This document shows, one piece after another, positions 46,104-55,916 of a stretch of DNA of 64,000 nt (within the stretch, counting starts at the first letter, position 1; each line of letters opens with the position of its first letter). The notes beneath the pieces were generated by a model. The model did not search any database, was not told the DNA's origin, and saw only the letters and a list, made by a program, of their open reading frames with translations. Origin of the DNA: Dehalococcoidia bacterium (GTDB lineage Bacteria; Chloroflexota; Dehalococcoidia; UBA2979); NCBI GenBank assembly GCA_964291495.2, contig OZ219872.1, forward strand, positions 576,001 through 640,000. The letters run 5' to 3'. The position numbers and the translations under genes are program-made.

Positions 46104-47117
46104 CTACTCCATCGGCTCGAGGCCGTAGACCTCCATCGCGGTCCCGCGGAACATCCGGTCCTTCTCAGACTCGGAGAAGTCCGCCACCAGCTTCTTGAAG
46201 GCGTTCCAGACCACGTGGTACGAGACCGAGGGCTTGTCCGCCGGGAAGTTGCTCTCGAACATCGAGCGCTCCGGCCCGAACGCCTCGATCGCGTGCAGGT
46301 AGTAGCGGCTCTGCAGCGCGACCAGCTCGTCCGAGGTGCCCGGCCGCTCGCGCGCCTCCCAGCCGAAGCCGTTCCACGGCATCAGCATCCCGCCGAGCTT
46401 GATGTAGGTGTTCGGCAACGTTGCCAGCTCCGAGATGCCCTGCTTCCAGACCTCGAAGATCTCGTCGGCCTGGCTCGCGTAGGGGCCAGTGTTGAGCGGC
46501 GTCCCGAGGTGGTCGAGCACGATCGTCGTGTCCGGGAAGTCGCGCGCAAGCTCCGTCAGGTACGGGGTCTGCGGGTGGTAGTGCCAGCCGTCGAACATCA
46601 GCCCCAGCGAGGCCAGCTCCGCGAAGCCCTCGCGGAAGCGCGAATCGCGGTAGGCCTCGGCATTCTCGAGGGTGGGCATGCTCGGCACCGTGTCGCTCTC
46701 GTCCCAGGCGACGATCTGGCGGATGCCCTTGAACAGCGGGCTCGCCTCGGTCTGCGCCTCCAGGCAGCGGCGCACGCCCGATCCGAGGAACAGGTCGGCT
46801 GTGCCGACGATGGCGCGCACACGCGCCTTGCCCGCCTCGGCTTCCTCCGCCTCTGCGGCGAGCCCGGCCACCCACTCCGTCTGACCGACGGGCTTGAGGT
46901 CCTCCGGGCCGTCCTCGCGGAACATCGCCCCGCACTCGATGAACACGGTCTGCTCCACGTTGTGGGTGTCCGTGTCCGCCCAGTAGTGCTCGAGCAGGTA
47001 GTCCTCGAAGCCGTGCTCGCTGTTGTAGAAGAAGTGGTGATGCGGATCGACGATCGGCCGCTCCGGCTCGATGATCTCTTCCTGCACCAGCGCGAGCCAG
47101 TCCTCGCGGATCTCCAT
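46104..47117 (-). CDS. Amidohydrolase_2 family protein
   Basis: IVDPHHH, VLDHLGTP, IKLGG, FGPERSMFESNFP. Confidence 0.88.
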   Translation of the reverse strand: MEIREDWLALVQEEIIEPERPIVDPHHHFFYNSEHGFEDYLLEHYWADTDTHNVEQTVFIECGAMFREDGPEDLKPVGQTEWVAGLAAEAEEAEAGKARVRAIVGTADLFLGSGVRRCLEAQTEASPLFKGIRQIVAWDESDTVPSMPTLENAEAYRDSRFREGFAELASLGLMFDGWHYHPQTPYLTELARDFPDTTIVLDHLGTPLNTGPYASQADEIFEVWKQGISELATLPNTYIKLGGMLMPWNGFGWEARERPGTSDELVALQSRYYLHAIEAFGPERSMFESNFPADKPSVSYHVVWNAFKKLVADFSESEKDRMFRGTAMEVYGLEPME

Positions 47118-47300
47118 GGCTTTGTCCCCCTTCGCAGAGTCTCGACAGGCCGCCCGCGGGCGGCGCGCCGCATGGTAGCCGATCGGCGCTCTCGCGCCAG
47201 TGCTCGCGACGCCATCGAGGGCGGCGGGTCGCTCAGGCCGTGCCGTCTGTGCCATGCTCGCGGCGTCCTGCCGCACGCGATGGCATCGGAGGGCGATCGG

Positions 47301-49781
47301 ATGTCTGAAGCTCCCGGCCCGCTGGCGGGCCTGCGCGTCGTCGAGGTCGCGGCCGGCACGGCCGTCGCCTACTGCGGGCAGCTGCTCGCCCAGGCAGGCG
47401 CCGACATCGTGCGCGTCGAGCCTCCCGAGGGCGACGAGATCCGCCTGCAGGGCCCCTTCCCCGGCGACCGCTTCGGCCTCGACGACGGCGGCATGCACCG
47501 CGTGCTCAACGGCGGCAAGCGCAGCGTCAGCGCCGAGGGCGCGGCGAGCCTCGAGGCGCTCGTCGCGGACTGCGATCTGCTGCTCAGCTCGCACCAGGCG
47601 GAGAGCGCGCTGCCCCTCGACGACCCCGAGGAGTTCGCGAGCCGCTTCCCCGGCGTGACGTACGTCTCGGTGAGCCCATTCGGCGCGACCGGCCCGTACG
47701 CCTCGTACCGCGCGGACAGCCAGGTGATCGAGGCGCTGTCCGGGTTCTCCTACGTCACTGGCAACCCGGACCGCGAGCCGCTCGCCATGGGCGTCGACAT
47801 CGCCGACTACTTCGCGGGGGTCAACGGCTACATCGCCGCGACGGCGGCGCTGTTCGATGGCGGACGAGGCTTCGTCGACGTCTCGTCGCTCGAATCGCTC
47901 GCGCTGGCGGACGATCACACGCTGGCGGTGTACGCGGGCACGGGCGCGATCCGCCGCCGCTACTACTCGCGGGTGCTGATCGCCTATCCGATGGACGTGC
48001 TGCCCTGCAAGGACGGGGCGGTCGCGTTCATCATGCAGGCCAACTCCGCCCCACCGCTCGCGGAGCTGATCGGCAGGCCCGAGCTGGCCGAGGCGCCGAT
48101 CCTCGCCCAGATGCGCGAGCGCGTGCTGAACTGGCAGGACTTCGACGCCCTGATCCTCCCCTGGCTCGCTGCGCACAGCGCGGACGAGGTGGTGGAGCGG
48201 GCCCGCGAGCTGCGGCTGCCCTTCGGATACGTGCTGCGGGCGCCCGAGCTGCTCGAGGACGAGCACCTCAACGAGCGCGGCTTCTTCGATCCGCCGCCCG
48301 GCGGAGCGCGCACGCTCGGCCCGCCCTTCCGCCTGACCGGGACGCCGATGCGCTCCGGCGCCCCGCCGACGCTCGGCGAGCACGACGCGCAGCCGTGGCC
48401 CGCGCCGCGCGAGGGCGCGTGGGGGCGTCGCGGCGCCCTCGACGGGCTGAAGGTGATCGACCTCTCCCGCGTCTGGGCGGGGCCGCACATCGGCCGCTCG
48501 CTCGCCGACCTCGGCGCGGACGTGGTGAAGGTCGAGCGCCCGCACCTGCCCGGCACGCTGCGCAGCGGCTTCATCGCCGGCAACGACGCGAACGGCGCGT
48601 ACTGGAACCGCTCGACCTACTTCCTCGCGCGCAACGCGGGCAAGCGTGCGCTCACGCTCGACTACGCCACCGACGAGGGGCAGGAGGTGCTGCACCGCCT
48701 GCTCGCCGAGGCCGACGTGCTGATCGAGAACTTCACCCCGCCGGTGCTGCGCCGCTACTCGCTGGACTACGCATCGCTGCAGGAGCGCCACCCGCATCTC
48801 GTGATGGTCTCGGTCTGCGGCTACGGGCAGACCGGGCCGAACAGCGACAACCCCGCGCTCGGCCAGACGATCGAGCCGGCCGCCGGCATCTCGGCGGTAA
48901 CCGGCTACGAGGGCGAGCCGCCGATCCTCGCGGGCAACACGCTCGGCGACGCGTTCTCCGGGATGCACGCCGTAGCCGGGGTGTTGACGGCGCTGCTGGC
49001 GCGCGAGCAGAGCGGCCACGGCCAGCACGTCGACGTGGCGATGCAGGAGGCGATGATCCAACTCAGCGGGCTGCACGTCATGGACTCGCTGCTCAACGGC
49101 CGCGTGCACGCCCCGGCCGGCAACCGCCGCCCCGGCATGGTGCGCGGCGCCTACCGCTGCGAGGGCGACGACGCCTTCGTCGCGATCAGCGCCCGCGGCG
49201 ACGGCGAGTGGGCGGCGCTCTGTCAGGCGATCGGCCGCCCCGAGCTCGCGCGCGACGAGCGCTTCCGCGACGACGCCGCCCGCGACGCCTCGCACGACGC
49301 GATCGACGCGATCCTCGGCGAGTGGGCGATCGGCCGGACCAACGTCGAGGCGATGGAGACGCTGCAGGCGGCGGGCGTGCCCGCCGGCGCGGCGCTACGC
49401 CCGGACGAGGTCTTCACGAACGAGCAGCTGCTCGCGCGGCGCTTCTTCGAGCCCGTCGAGCTGCCGGATTTCGGGGAGATCCCGCTCCAGCGCTACATCC
49501 CCGCGCTCTTCGACGGCGCGCCCTACCCGCCTCCCGGCCGCTCCCCGATCGTCGACGAGCACACCGACGCCGTGCTGGCCGAGGCGGGACTGTCCGCCGG
49601 GGAGCGGCAACGGCTGTTCGACACCGGGATCACCGCCCCGGACCTCAGCGTGCTGCAATCGGACGCGATGCGCGCGACGCGCACCATGGACCTCGAGGCC
49701 TACGTGGAGCAGGGCTCCGTGTTGCGGATCGACGAGGACTACCGCGAGCGGCTGGCGGCGGCGCTGCGCGCCTCCTCCTGA
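47301..49781 (+). CDS. Two-domain fused family III CoA-transferase
   Basis: Two CaiB domains (NGGKRSV..DIADYFAG; VWAGP..NAGKRAL..LGDAFSG). GGAGGG RBS. Confidence 0.9.
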   Translation: MSEAPGPLAGLRVVEVAAGTAVAYCGQLLAQAGADIVRVEPPEGDEIRLQGPFPGDRFGLDDGGMHRVLNGGKRSVSAEGAASLEALVADCDLLLSSHQAESALPLDDPEEFASRFPGVTYVSVSPFGATGPYASYRADSQVIEALSGFSYVTGNPDREPLAMGVDIADYFAGVNGYIAATAALFDGGRGFVDVSSLESLALADDHTLAVYAGTGAIRRRYYSRVLIAYPMDVLPCKDGAVAFIMQANSAPPLAELIGRPELAEAPILAQMRERVLNWQDFDALILPWLAAHSADEVVERARELRLPFGYVLRAPELLEDEHLNERGFFDPPPGGARTLGPPFRLTGTPMRSGAPPTLGEHDAQPWPAPREGAWGRRGALDGLKVIDLSRVWAGPHIGRSLADLGADVVKVERPHLPGTLRSGFIAGNDANGAYWNRSTYFLARNAGKRALTLDYATDEGQEVLHRLLAEADVLIENFTPPVLRRYSLDYASLQERHPHLVMVSVCGYGQTGPNSDNPALGQTIEPAAGISAVTGYEGEPPILAGNTLGDAFSGMHAVAGVLTALLAREQSGHGQHVDVAMQEAMIQLSGLHVMDSLLNGRVHAPAGNRRPGMVRGAYRCEGDDAFVAISARGDGEWAALCQAIGRPELARDERFRDDAARDASHDAIDAILGEWAIGRTNVEAMETLQAAGVPAGAALRPDEVFTNEQLLARRFFEPVELPDFGEIPLQRYIPALFDGAPYPPPGRSPIVDEHTDAVLAEAGLSAGERQRLFDTGITAPDLSVLQSDAMRATRTMDLEAYVEQGSVLRIDEDYRERLAAALRASS

Positions 49782-51022
49782 GCCTCGCCCGCCGGGGCGT
49801 CGCCATTCGTTGCACGCGGCGGCCCGTGCGACTGCGCGATCACGCCGCCCTCGATCAGCGGCGCGAGTTCGGCGTCACCGAGGCCGAGTTCCTCGCCCAG
49901 CACCTCGACCGTGTGCTCACCGAGCAGCGGGGCGGAGACGATCGGCACCTTGCTTTCCGACATGCGCGGCGGCCAGCCCATGAAGCGCAGCGTGCCCGCC
50001 TGCGGGTGCTCAGCCTCCTGCACGAAGCCGCGCGAGACCAGGTGCGGATCGTGATGCAGCTCATAGGTGTCGAGGGTGGCGCCGGCCGGCACGTCACCGT
50101 CGCCGAGGATGTGCATCGCCTCGTGCTTGGTGTGCTGGCTGGTCCACTTCGTGATCTCTTCACGCAGCTCCGCGGCGTGCTCGATTCGCGCCTGCTCGGT
50201 GGCGAAGCGCGGGTCGGTGAGCATGTCGGTGCGGTCGATGGCGGCGCAGAGCGTGTCCCACTGCCGCGTGGTGACGACCATCAGGTAGACGTAGTCGTTG
50301 GGACCGAACGGCTTGCAGGGGTAGAGGTCCGTCCCGGGGCCGCTGCGGTTGCCGCGCCGCGGCGCGGCCGAGTTACCCCACTCCGAACCGTTCGCGATGA
50401 CGGTGCGCATGTAGTAGGTCATGGCCTCCTGCATCGAAAGCTCGATGAACTGGCCCTCGCCGGTGCGCTGCCGCTGCACGAAGGCGGCCGTGATCGCGAG
50501 CGCCATCTGCACGCCCGTTCCGGCGTCGCCGACGGTGAGGCCGGGCCGGATCGGCGGGCCGTCCGGGAACCCGGTGACGGAGAAGGAGCCGCCCATCGCC
50601 TGGGCGACCATGTCGTAGGACTTGAAGTGCGCGTAGGGGCCCTCGAGGCCGAAGCCCTTGATGCGCCCGTAGATCAGGGCCGGGTGGAGCTCGCGCAGCA
50701 CCGGGTAGTCGATGTCCAGCTTCTCGATCACGCCCGGGCCGTAGTTCTCGACGAAGACATCGAAGCGCGGCACCAGCTCCAGGAACAGATCGCGGCCCTC
50801 GGGCCGGCCGAGGTCGAGCGCGACGCTGCGCTTGTTGGAGTTCCAGTTGAGGAAGTAGGGGCGCGGATCGATACCCCGCGCGACGCCGCGTCCGGGATCG
50901 CCCGTGCCCGGCCGTTCGAGCTTGACGATGTCGGCTCCCAGCCAGGCGAGGGCCTGCGTGCAGGACGTACCCGCCTCGTACTGGGTCATGTCGAGCACCC
51001 TCATGCCGTCGAGCGCAGGCAT
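49739..51022 (-). CDS. Family III CoA-transferase, formyl-CoA transferase-like
   Basis: DMTQYEAGTSCTQALAWLGADIVK, NSNKRS, ENYGPG, VGDAGTG, LYPCKPFGPNDYVY. Confidence 0.85.
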   Translation of the reverse strand: MPALDGMRVLDMTQYEAGTSCTQALAWLGADIVKLERPGTGDPGRGVARGIDPRPYFLNWNSNKRSVALDLGRPEGRDLFLELVPRFDVFVENYGPGVIEKLDIDYPVLRELHPALIYGRIKGFGLEGPYAHFKSYDMVAQAMGGSFSVTGFPDGPPIRPGLTVGDAGTGVQMALAITAAFVQRQRTGEGQFIELSMQEAMTYYMRTVIANGSEWGNSAAPRRGNRSGPGTDLYPCKPFGPNDYVYLMVVTTRQWDTLCAAIDRTDMLTDPRFATEQARIEHAAELREEITKWTSQHTKHEAMHILGDGDVPAGATLDTYELHHDPHLVSRGFVQEAEHPQAGTLRFMGWPPRMSESKVPIVSAPLLGEHTVEVLGEELGLGDAELAPLIEGGVIAQSHGPPRATNGDAPAGEAQEEARSAAASRSR

Positions 51023-51079
51023 GGCTCCTCCTCCCGCGCCGATATCACGCGCGTTGCAGCCTAGCGTACTCCAGGTCTG

Positions 51080-51388
51080 CTACTCCTCGTCGAACGCCTC
51101 CTGCGCGATGCGCACCGCCTGCGCGACAGTCGGCCAGCCGGCGTAGAAGGCGACGTGCGTCAGCAGCTCGCCGATCTCCTCCTTGCTGAGCCCGTTGTCG
51201 AGGGCGCGCCGGAAGTGGCCGGGCAGCTGCCCGGTGCGGTACAGCGCCACGAGGACGGAGACCGTGATCAGGCTGCGATCGCGCTTCGAGAGCTGGGGGC
51301 GCTCCCAGATCTCCCCGAATACCAGCTCGTCCGTGATCTTGCGCAGGTGTGGCGCTATCTCAGCCATCGCATCGCGCGGCGCTGTCAT
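51080..51388 (-). CDS. Carboxymuconolactone decarboxylase family protein
   Basis: LVFGEIWERPQLSKRDRSLITV, HFRRALDNG, HVAFYAGWP. Confidence 0.9.
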   Translation of the reverse strand: MTAPRDAMAEIAPHLRKITDELVFGEIWERPQLSKRDRSLITVSVLVALYRTGQLPGHFRRALDNGLSKEEIGELLTHVAFYAGWPTVAQAVRIAQEAFDEE

Positions 51389-51456
51389 CGTCGTCTCCCC
51401 TCGTGCTCCGGTTTGCGGGGAGGATACTCGCCGCGTCCGAGGCGTGGGGGCTCGTC

Positions 51457-52095
51457 TCACGTCTGAGAAGGGAGCGGGCTTCCCTCCTGGCGTAGCCGAC
51501 GCACGACCAGCCACTGCCCAATCACGCCGATCACTGGAATCACGGCGAACCAGCGGAGCCGCGAGGATTGCCCTGTCGCACGAGCCACCCTCTTCCATCC
51601 CCATCCACCGAACAGGAACCAGTGAACAAAAGGAAGAACAACAATGCCGTAGAATGCTGCGTACGATATGACGCTCTCATAGGTGGGCCAATAGAGTGGC
51701 TGCCCACCAAACAGGATGGCTATCACTTCCAGGTTGCCATCTATGTAGGCTTTCAGCAGTTCAGTGTCCGGGGCAATCCAGGAAGGTCTGTTGTTCCAAT
51801 ACCACGCAAACAAGGCAAGATTGGCAACTCCACAGATCACAGTGCTGAGAATTGCCAATCCAGCGGTAGTTGCCCTGTCGAGGGAGCGCCTTGGAAACCG
51901 GAGTAACACCAGCGGGCCGATGAATGGCGTGAATGCCAACCATCCGTTTTGATCATGATCATCAAGCAGCAAGAAGAGTGGGGACGCCAGCATAGCGTAA
52001 GGAACAGCAAGTACAACGATGACTGCGCTGACTCCCATCCACGCCCCAAGGGAGGTAACGCCACCATCAAGGAACGAGAAGACAGTCTCAGCCAT
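51457..52095 (-). CDS. Low-GC hypothetical membrane protein
   Basis: 212-aa ORF with several TM segments and an internal repeat (WLAFTPFIG / WFAVIPVIG). GC is 29/60 in 51601-51660. Confidence 0.65.
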   Translation of the reverse strand: MAETVFSFLDGGVTSLGAWMGVSAVIVVLAVPYAMLASPLFLLLDDHDQNGWLAFTPFIGPLVLLRFPRRSLDRATTAGLAILSTVICGVANLALFAWYWNNRPSWIAPDTELLKAYIDGNLEVIAILFGGQPLYWPTYESVISYAAFYGIVVLPFVHWFLFGGWGWKRVARATGQSSRLRWFAVIPVIGVIGQWLVVRRLRQEGSPLPSQT

Positions 52096-52244
52096 TGTTC
52101 TGCCAAATCAGTCTGGCGGCGGCATGGCAAGCCTCTGCCTCAACCACTCTACCACCGAGCGCGGGAGTGCTATGGCGTCCGGGTACGTAGTACGCCGAAC
52201 GAGGTGCCGACGTTCACATGGCGCAACCGGCCTCGGACGCCCGC

Positions 52245-53129
52245 TCAGGCCGGCGGAGCGACGCCACACTCGCGCGCCACCGCCTCCCGGTAGGCCTCGA
52301 TAAGAGCGCGCGTCACCGGGCCGGGCGCCTCGAACTCGTGGCTGCGATCGCCGTCACGCAGCTCGGCGAGCGGCTGCACGCCGGCGATGCTGTTGGTGAG
52401 CAGCACCTCGCGCGCCACGAGCAGGTCGGCGAGCGGCAGCCGCCGCTCCGCCGTCTCGAGGCCGAGGCCGCGCGCGCACTCCAGCACGGCCTCGCGCGTG
52501 ACGCCGGGCAGCGCCCCCGCCTCGAGCGGCGGCGTGACCAGCAGACCCTCGCGGTCCTCCCCACCGAGCACGGCGAAGACGTTGGCGGTCGAGGCCTCGA
52601 CGACCTCGCCGTCGAGGTCGAGCAGCAGCGCCTGGTCCAGCCCGGCGCGGCGTGCCTCCTCGAGGGCGATCAGCGGGCCGAGGTAGTTGACGGTCTTCGC
52701 GAACGGCAGGGGGCGGTCACTGGTCACGCGCGCGCCCCGCGCGACAAGAGCACGCGCCGGCGCGACGGCCTCCGGAACGGGCTGCGCCGTCACCAGCACC
52801 AGCGGCGCGCCCCCGGGCTCGAGGCCGGGCCGCGCGCCGCCCGTTCCGGCGCTGACGGTGAGGCGCACGCGCGCCTCGGGCAGCGCGTTCGCCTCCAGCG
52901 TCTCGGCGATCGCGGTCTGCAGCACGTCGCGCGGCGGCGGCTCCACTCCCAGCGCCCGCAGTCCGGCCTCGAGGCGATCGAGGTGGCGGCCGAGCCGGAA
53001 GACGGCGCCGCCGAAGGCGCGCAGCGTCTCGAAGCAGGCCGCGCCGTAGAGGAAGCCGCGATCGTCGATCGGCACACTCGCCTCGGAGCGCGGCAGCAGC
53101 GAGCCGTTCAGCCAGACGAAGCCGGACAC
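52245..53129 (-). CDS. Class IV aminotransferase / aminodeoxychorismate lyase (PabC-like)
   Basis: VWLNG, DRGFLYG..FETLR, KTVNY, EASTAN, LPGVTR, TNS; follows pabB. Confidence 0.88.
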   Translation of the reverse strand: MSGFVWLNGSLLPRSEASVPIDDRGFLYGAACFETLRAFGGAVFRLGRHLDRLEAGLRALGVEPPPRDVLQTAIAETLEANALPEARVRLTVSAGTGGARPGLEPGGAPLVLVTAQPVPEAVAPARALVARGARVTSDRPLPFAKTVNYLGPLIALEEARRAGLDQALLLDLDGEVVEASTANVFAVLGGEDREGLLVTPPLEAGALPGVTREAVLECARGLGLETAERRLPLADLLVAREVLLTNSIAGVQPLAELRDGDRSHEFEAPGPVTRALIEAYREAVARECGVAPPA

Positions 53130-53131
53130 GC

Positions 53132-54661
53132 TCAGCCGACGCCCGCGATGGCGCCCGCCGGAGTACGCCGCTGCGGCGCAGGCTCCTCGGGCGGGAGCTC
53201 GTCCGGCAGCAGCACGCCGAGCGCGCGCGCCATGCCCCGCGCCTTGTCGAGTGTCTCGAGGTACTCGGCCTCGACGACGGAGTCGTGCACGATCGCGCCG
53301 CCGACGTGCGCGTAGGCGCGTCCGCCGGCGACGGTGATCGTGCGGATCGCCACGTTCAGATCGCTGCGGCCGTGCGCCGAGAAGTAGCCGATCGCGCCCG
53401 TGTAGACGCCGCGCACCGTCGGCTCCAGCTCGTCGATGATCTCGAGCGCGCGGATCTTCGGCGCGCCGCTGATCGAGCCGCCCGGCAGCATCGCGCGCAG
53501 CGTCGCACCGAGGCCCACCCCGCGCCGCCTGCGCGCCGTCACCGACGAGGTCAGGTGGTGCACGTGCGAGTAGGACTCCAGCCGCGCGAGGTGCGGGACG
53601 GCGACGCTGCCGACCTCGGCGATCCGGCCGAGGTCGTTGCGTTCGAGGTCGACGATCATCACGTGCTCGGCGGCGTCCTTGGCGCTCGCGCGCAGCTCGG
53701 TGGCGAGGCGGGCGTCCTCGGCATCGTCGCGGCCGCGCGGGCGCGTGCCCTTGATGGGCCGAGTCTCCAGCCGCTCCCCGTCCACCAGCAGCAGCCGCTC
53801 CGGCGACGACGACAACACCTCGACGCCCCCGCCCGGCCCGCCGGTCGCATCGAGGTAGGCGGCGAAGGGGGCGGGGCTTGCGCGCCGCAGCCGCCGGTAG
53901 GCCTCGAAGCCGGGGACCGCCAGCGGCGCGCAGAAGCGCTGCGAGAGGTTGACCTGGTAGATGTCGCCGGCGGCGATGTAGCGCCGCGCCACCTCGGCGC
54001 GCTCCAGGTACTCGACGCGTTCCATGTTCGGCTCGAAGCGCGCGACACGCGGCGGCCCGCCGGGGAACTCCGCCAGCGGGTCCGCCAGGCATTGAGGGCC
54101 CTCGCCGGGGACTGCATCCTCGATGCGTGCGAGGTCACCCCGGAGCGCGGCGACAGCCTCCGGCGTGCCGCTCAGCCAGCCCTGCTGATCGATGCCGTCC
54201 CAGACGAGCGCGGCGTCGTACCAGCCGAGCGCGAGGTCCGGCGCGCCGACGTCGTCGAAGGTGGTCGCGGGGAGCCGCTCGATGTGCCGGGCCAGCTCGA
54301 ACCCGAGGTAGCCGACCGCGCCTCCGGCAAACGGCAGCGACGCCGAGGCGCACGAAGCCGCAGTGGCGCGCTCCCACGCGCGCTGTTCGGCCTGGATCGC
54401 CCGGGCGGCGAAGGCGATCGGATCGCCCTCGAACTCCTCGACGCGGTCAGCCGAGGCGCGGCGGAGCCGGCGGCCGCGCGCGCTCAGCGTCCAGCGCGGC
54501 CGCGCCGCGAGGATCGACCAGCGCCCGCGCCGCGGGTGCGGGAGCGCGGAGTCCAGCCAGGCGAAGCCGGGCAGGCGGCGCAGCGCCAGCGCGGCGCGCT
54601 CCGGCGCGTCGTTGCCCGGCGGCGGCGTCCACGCCTCGATGGTCCAGCCTCGCTGCCGCAC
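53132..54661 (-). CDS. pabB: Aminodeoxychorismate synthase component I
   Basis: GDIYQVNLS, SPAPF, SSSPER, PIKGTRPR, KDAAEHVMIVDLERNDL, GSISGAPKIRA. Confidence 0.9.
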   Translation of the reverse strand: MRQRGWTIEAWTPPPGNDAPERAALALRRLPGFAWLDSALPHPRRGRWSILAARPRWTLSARGRRLRRASADRVEEFEGDPIAFAARAIQAEQRAWERATAASCASASLPFAGGAVGYLGFELARHIERLPATTFDDVGAPDLALGWYDAALVWDGIDQQGWLSGTPEAVAALRGDLARIEDAVPGEGPQCLADPLAEFPGGPPRVARFEPNMERVEYLERAEVARRYIAAGDIYQVNLSQRFCAPLAVPGFEAYRRLRRASPAPFAAYLDATGGPGGGVEVLSSSPERLLLVDGERLETRPIKGTRPRGRDDAEDARLATELRASAKDAAEHVMIVDLERNDLGRIAEVGSVAVPHLARLESYSHVHHLTSSVTARRRRGVGLGATLRAMLPGGSISGAPKIRALEIIDELEPTVRGVYTGAIGYFSAHGRSDLNVAIRTITVAGGRAYAHVGGAIVHDSVVEAEYLETLDKARGMARALGVLLPDELPPEEPAPQRRTPAGAIAGVG

Positions 54662-54726
54662 GGCGTCGCCCTGCCCTATCCTCCGGGGATGCCGCGATTG
54701 TACGACCGCCGGGGAACAGGGACGCG

Positions 54727-55125
54727 ATGACCCGCGAGGTGTTGAGCGCGTGGGCCTCGCTCGGCGTGCTGATCGTGGGGGCGCTGATCCTCGTCGTCAC
54801 GCTGCTGCCGCCGGGCAGCGGCGTTCCGGGCTGCCCCCTCGGCATGCCCTGCGCGCTCTGGCACGGCCTGCTCTTCGCGCTGCTCGGCGTGCCGGTGGCG
54901 CTGCGCTACGCGACGAGCCGCGCGGCCTCGCGCTCGCCGCTGCGGGTGCTGGCCATGGTGATCCTCGCGCTCTGGATCTTCGCCGCCGTCAGCGAGTTGG
55001 CGCAGGGCTGGGTCGACGGGCGCGAGCCCGCGCTCGAGGACTGGCTCGCGGACATGGCCGGCGCGCTGATCGGGCTGGTGCTCGGGAGCCTGCTGCTGCG
55101 GTTCGCACTCAGGCGCTCGCGCTAG
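54727..55125 (+). CDS. VanZ-like membrane protein
   Basis: WHGLLFALL, SELAQGWVDGREP..DWLADMAG. Confidence 0.8.
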   Translation: MTREVLSAWASLGVLIVGALILVVTLLPPGSGVPGCPLGMPCALWHGLLFALLGVPVALRYATSRAASRSPLRVLAMVILALWIFAAVSELAQGWVDGREPALEDWLADMAGALIGLVLGSLLLRFALRRSR

Positions 55126-55790
55126 GCCGAGGCGCGCGCAGGAACCGCCTCGGGCTCGCCCGCCTCGAGGCTCAGGTGGTAGGTCATGCTCTGCAGCGAG
55201 AGCAGCGGGTCGATGCGGCGGATGCGCACGCCGCGCGGGACCTGCACCGTGATCGGCGCGTAGTTGAGGATCGAGCGCACGCCGGCGCGCACGAGCGAGT
55301 CGATCACCTCCTGCGCGGCCTCCGCGGGCACGGCGACGATGCCGATGTCCGCGGGCTCCGCGCGCAGCGAGGCCTCAAGCCCGCGCACGTCGCGGACGGC
55401 GATCCCGCCGACCTCGCCCCCGATCTCGTCCTCGCTGGCGTCGTAGACGCCGACGAGGTCGAAGCCGTCCGGCCCGAAGCCCTGGTACGAGGCGATCGCG
55501 CGCCCGAGGCGGCCCACGCCGACCAGCACCATGCGCCAGCGGCGGTTCAGCCCCAGGATCAGCCGCAGCTCCTCGACGAGCCGCACGACCGAGTAGCCGC
55601 TGCCCTGTTTCCCGAAGCGGCCGAAGTAGGCGAGGTCCTTGCGGATCTGCGCGGGCGTCACGCCGAGGGCGTCCCCCAGCTCCTGCGAGGAGACCGTCGA
55701 ACGCCCTTCGGCCTCCATGCGGGCGAGCCAGCGGTAGTAGATCGGCAGGCGGTCGATGACCACCTCGGGGATGTCGGCCGGCAACGGCAA
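55122..55790 (-). CDS. rex: Redox-sensing transcriptional repressor Rex
   Basis: VIDRLPIYYR, SSQELG, AQIRKDLAYFGRFGKQGSGY, VGVGRLG, ILNYAP. Confidence 0.95.
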   Translation of the reverse strand: MPLPADIPEVVIDRLPIYYRWLARMEAEGRSTVSSQELGDALGVTPAQIRKDLAYFGRFGKQGSGYSVVRLVEELRLILGLNRRWRMVLVGVGRLGRAIASYQGFGPDGFDLVGVYDASEDEIGGEVGGIAVRDVRGLEASLRAEPADIGIVAVPAEAAQEVIDSLVRAGVRSILNYAPITVQVPRGVRIRRIDPLLSLQSMTYHLSLEAGEPEAVPARASA

Positions 55791-55843
55791 GGCAACCTCC
55801 GCCGCGAGAAATACGCAAGTATCGGTTACAAATCAGAACTTGC

Positions 55844-55861
55844 TTGCGAAGACTTGCACAA
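55844..55861. promoter_or_regulatory. Rex operator candidate upstream of rex
   Basis: TTGCGAA-GACT-TGCACAA versus consensus TTGTGAA-N4-TTCACAA (2 mismatches). Confidence 0.7.
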
Positions 55862-55916
55862 GCGTGCACTAGCGTCCAGCGAAGCGGTTGCGGGACGCCG
55901 CTGCTAGCATCTCGGC

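Noticed and set aside
42923-49295. Very long antisense ORFs (42923-46198, 46104-49295, also 2747-4687, 34119-36113, 60742-63087)
   Set aside because: Shadow frames of high-GC genes with no motifs. Only the 46104-47117 part of 46104-49295 is a real gene.
49739-49781. 43-bp overlap of convergent CoA-transferase genes as an antisense system
   Set aside because: Short 3' overlaps are common in GC-rich genomes where stop codons are rare; a similar one occurs at 9647-9661.
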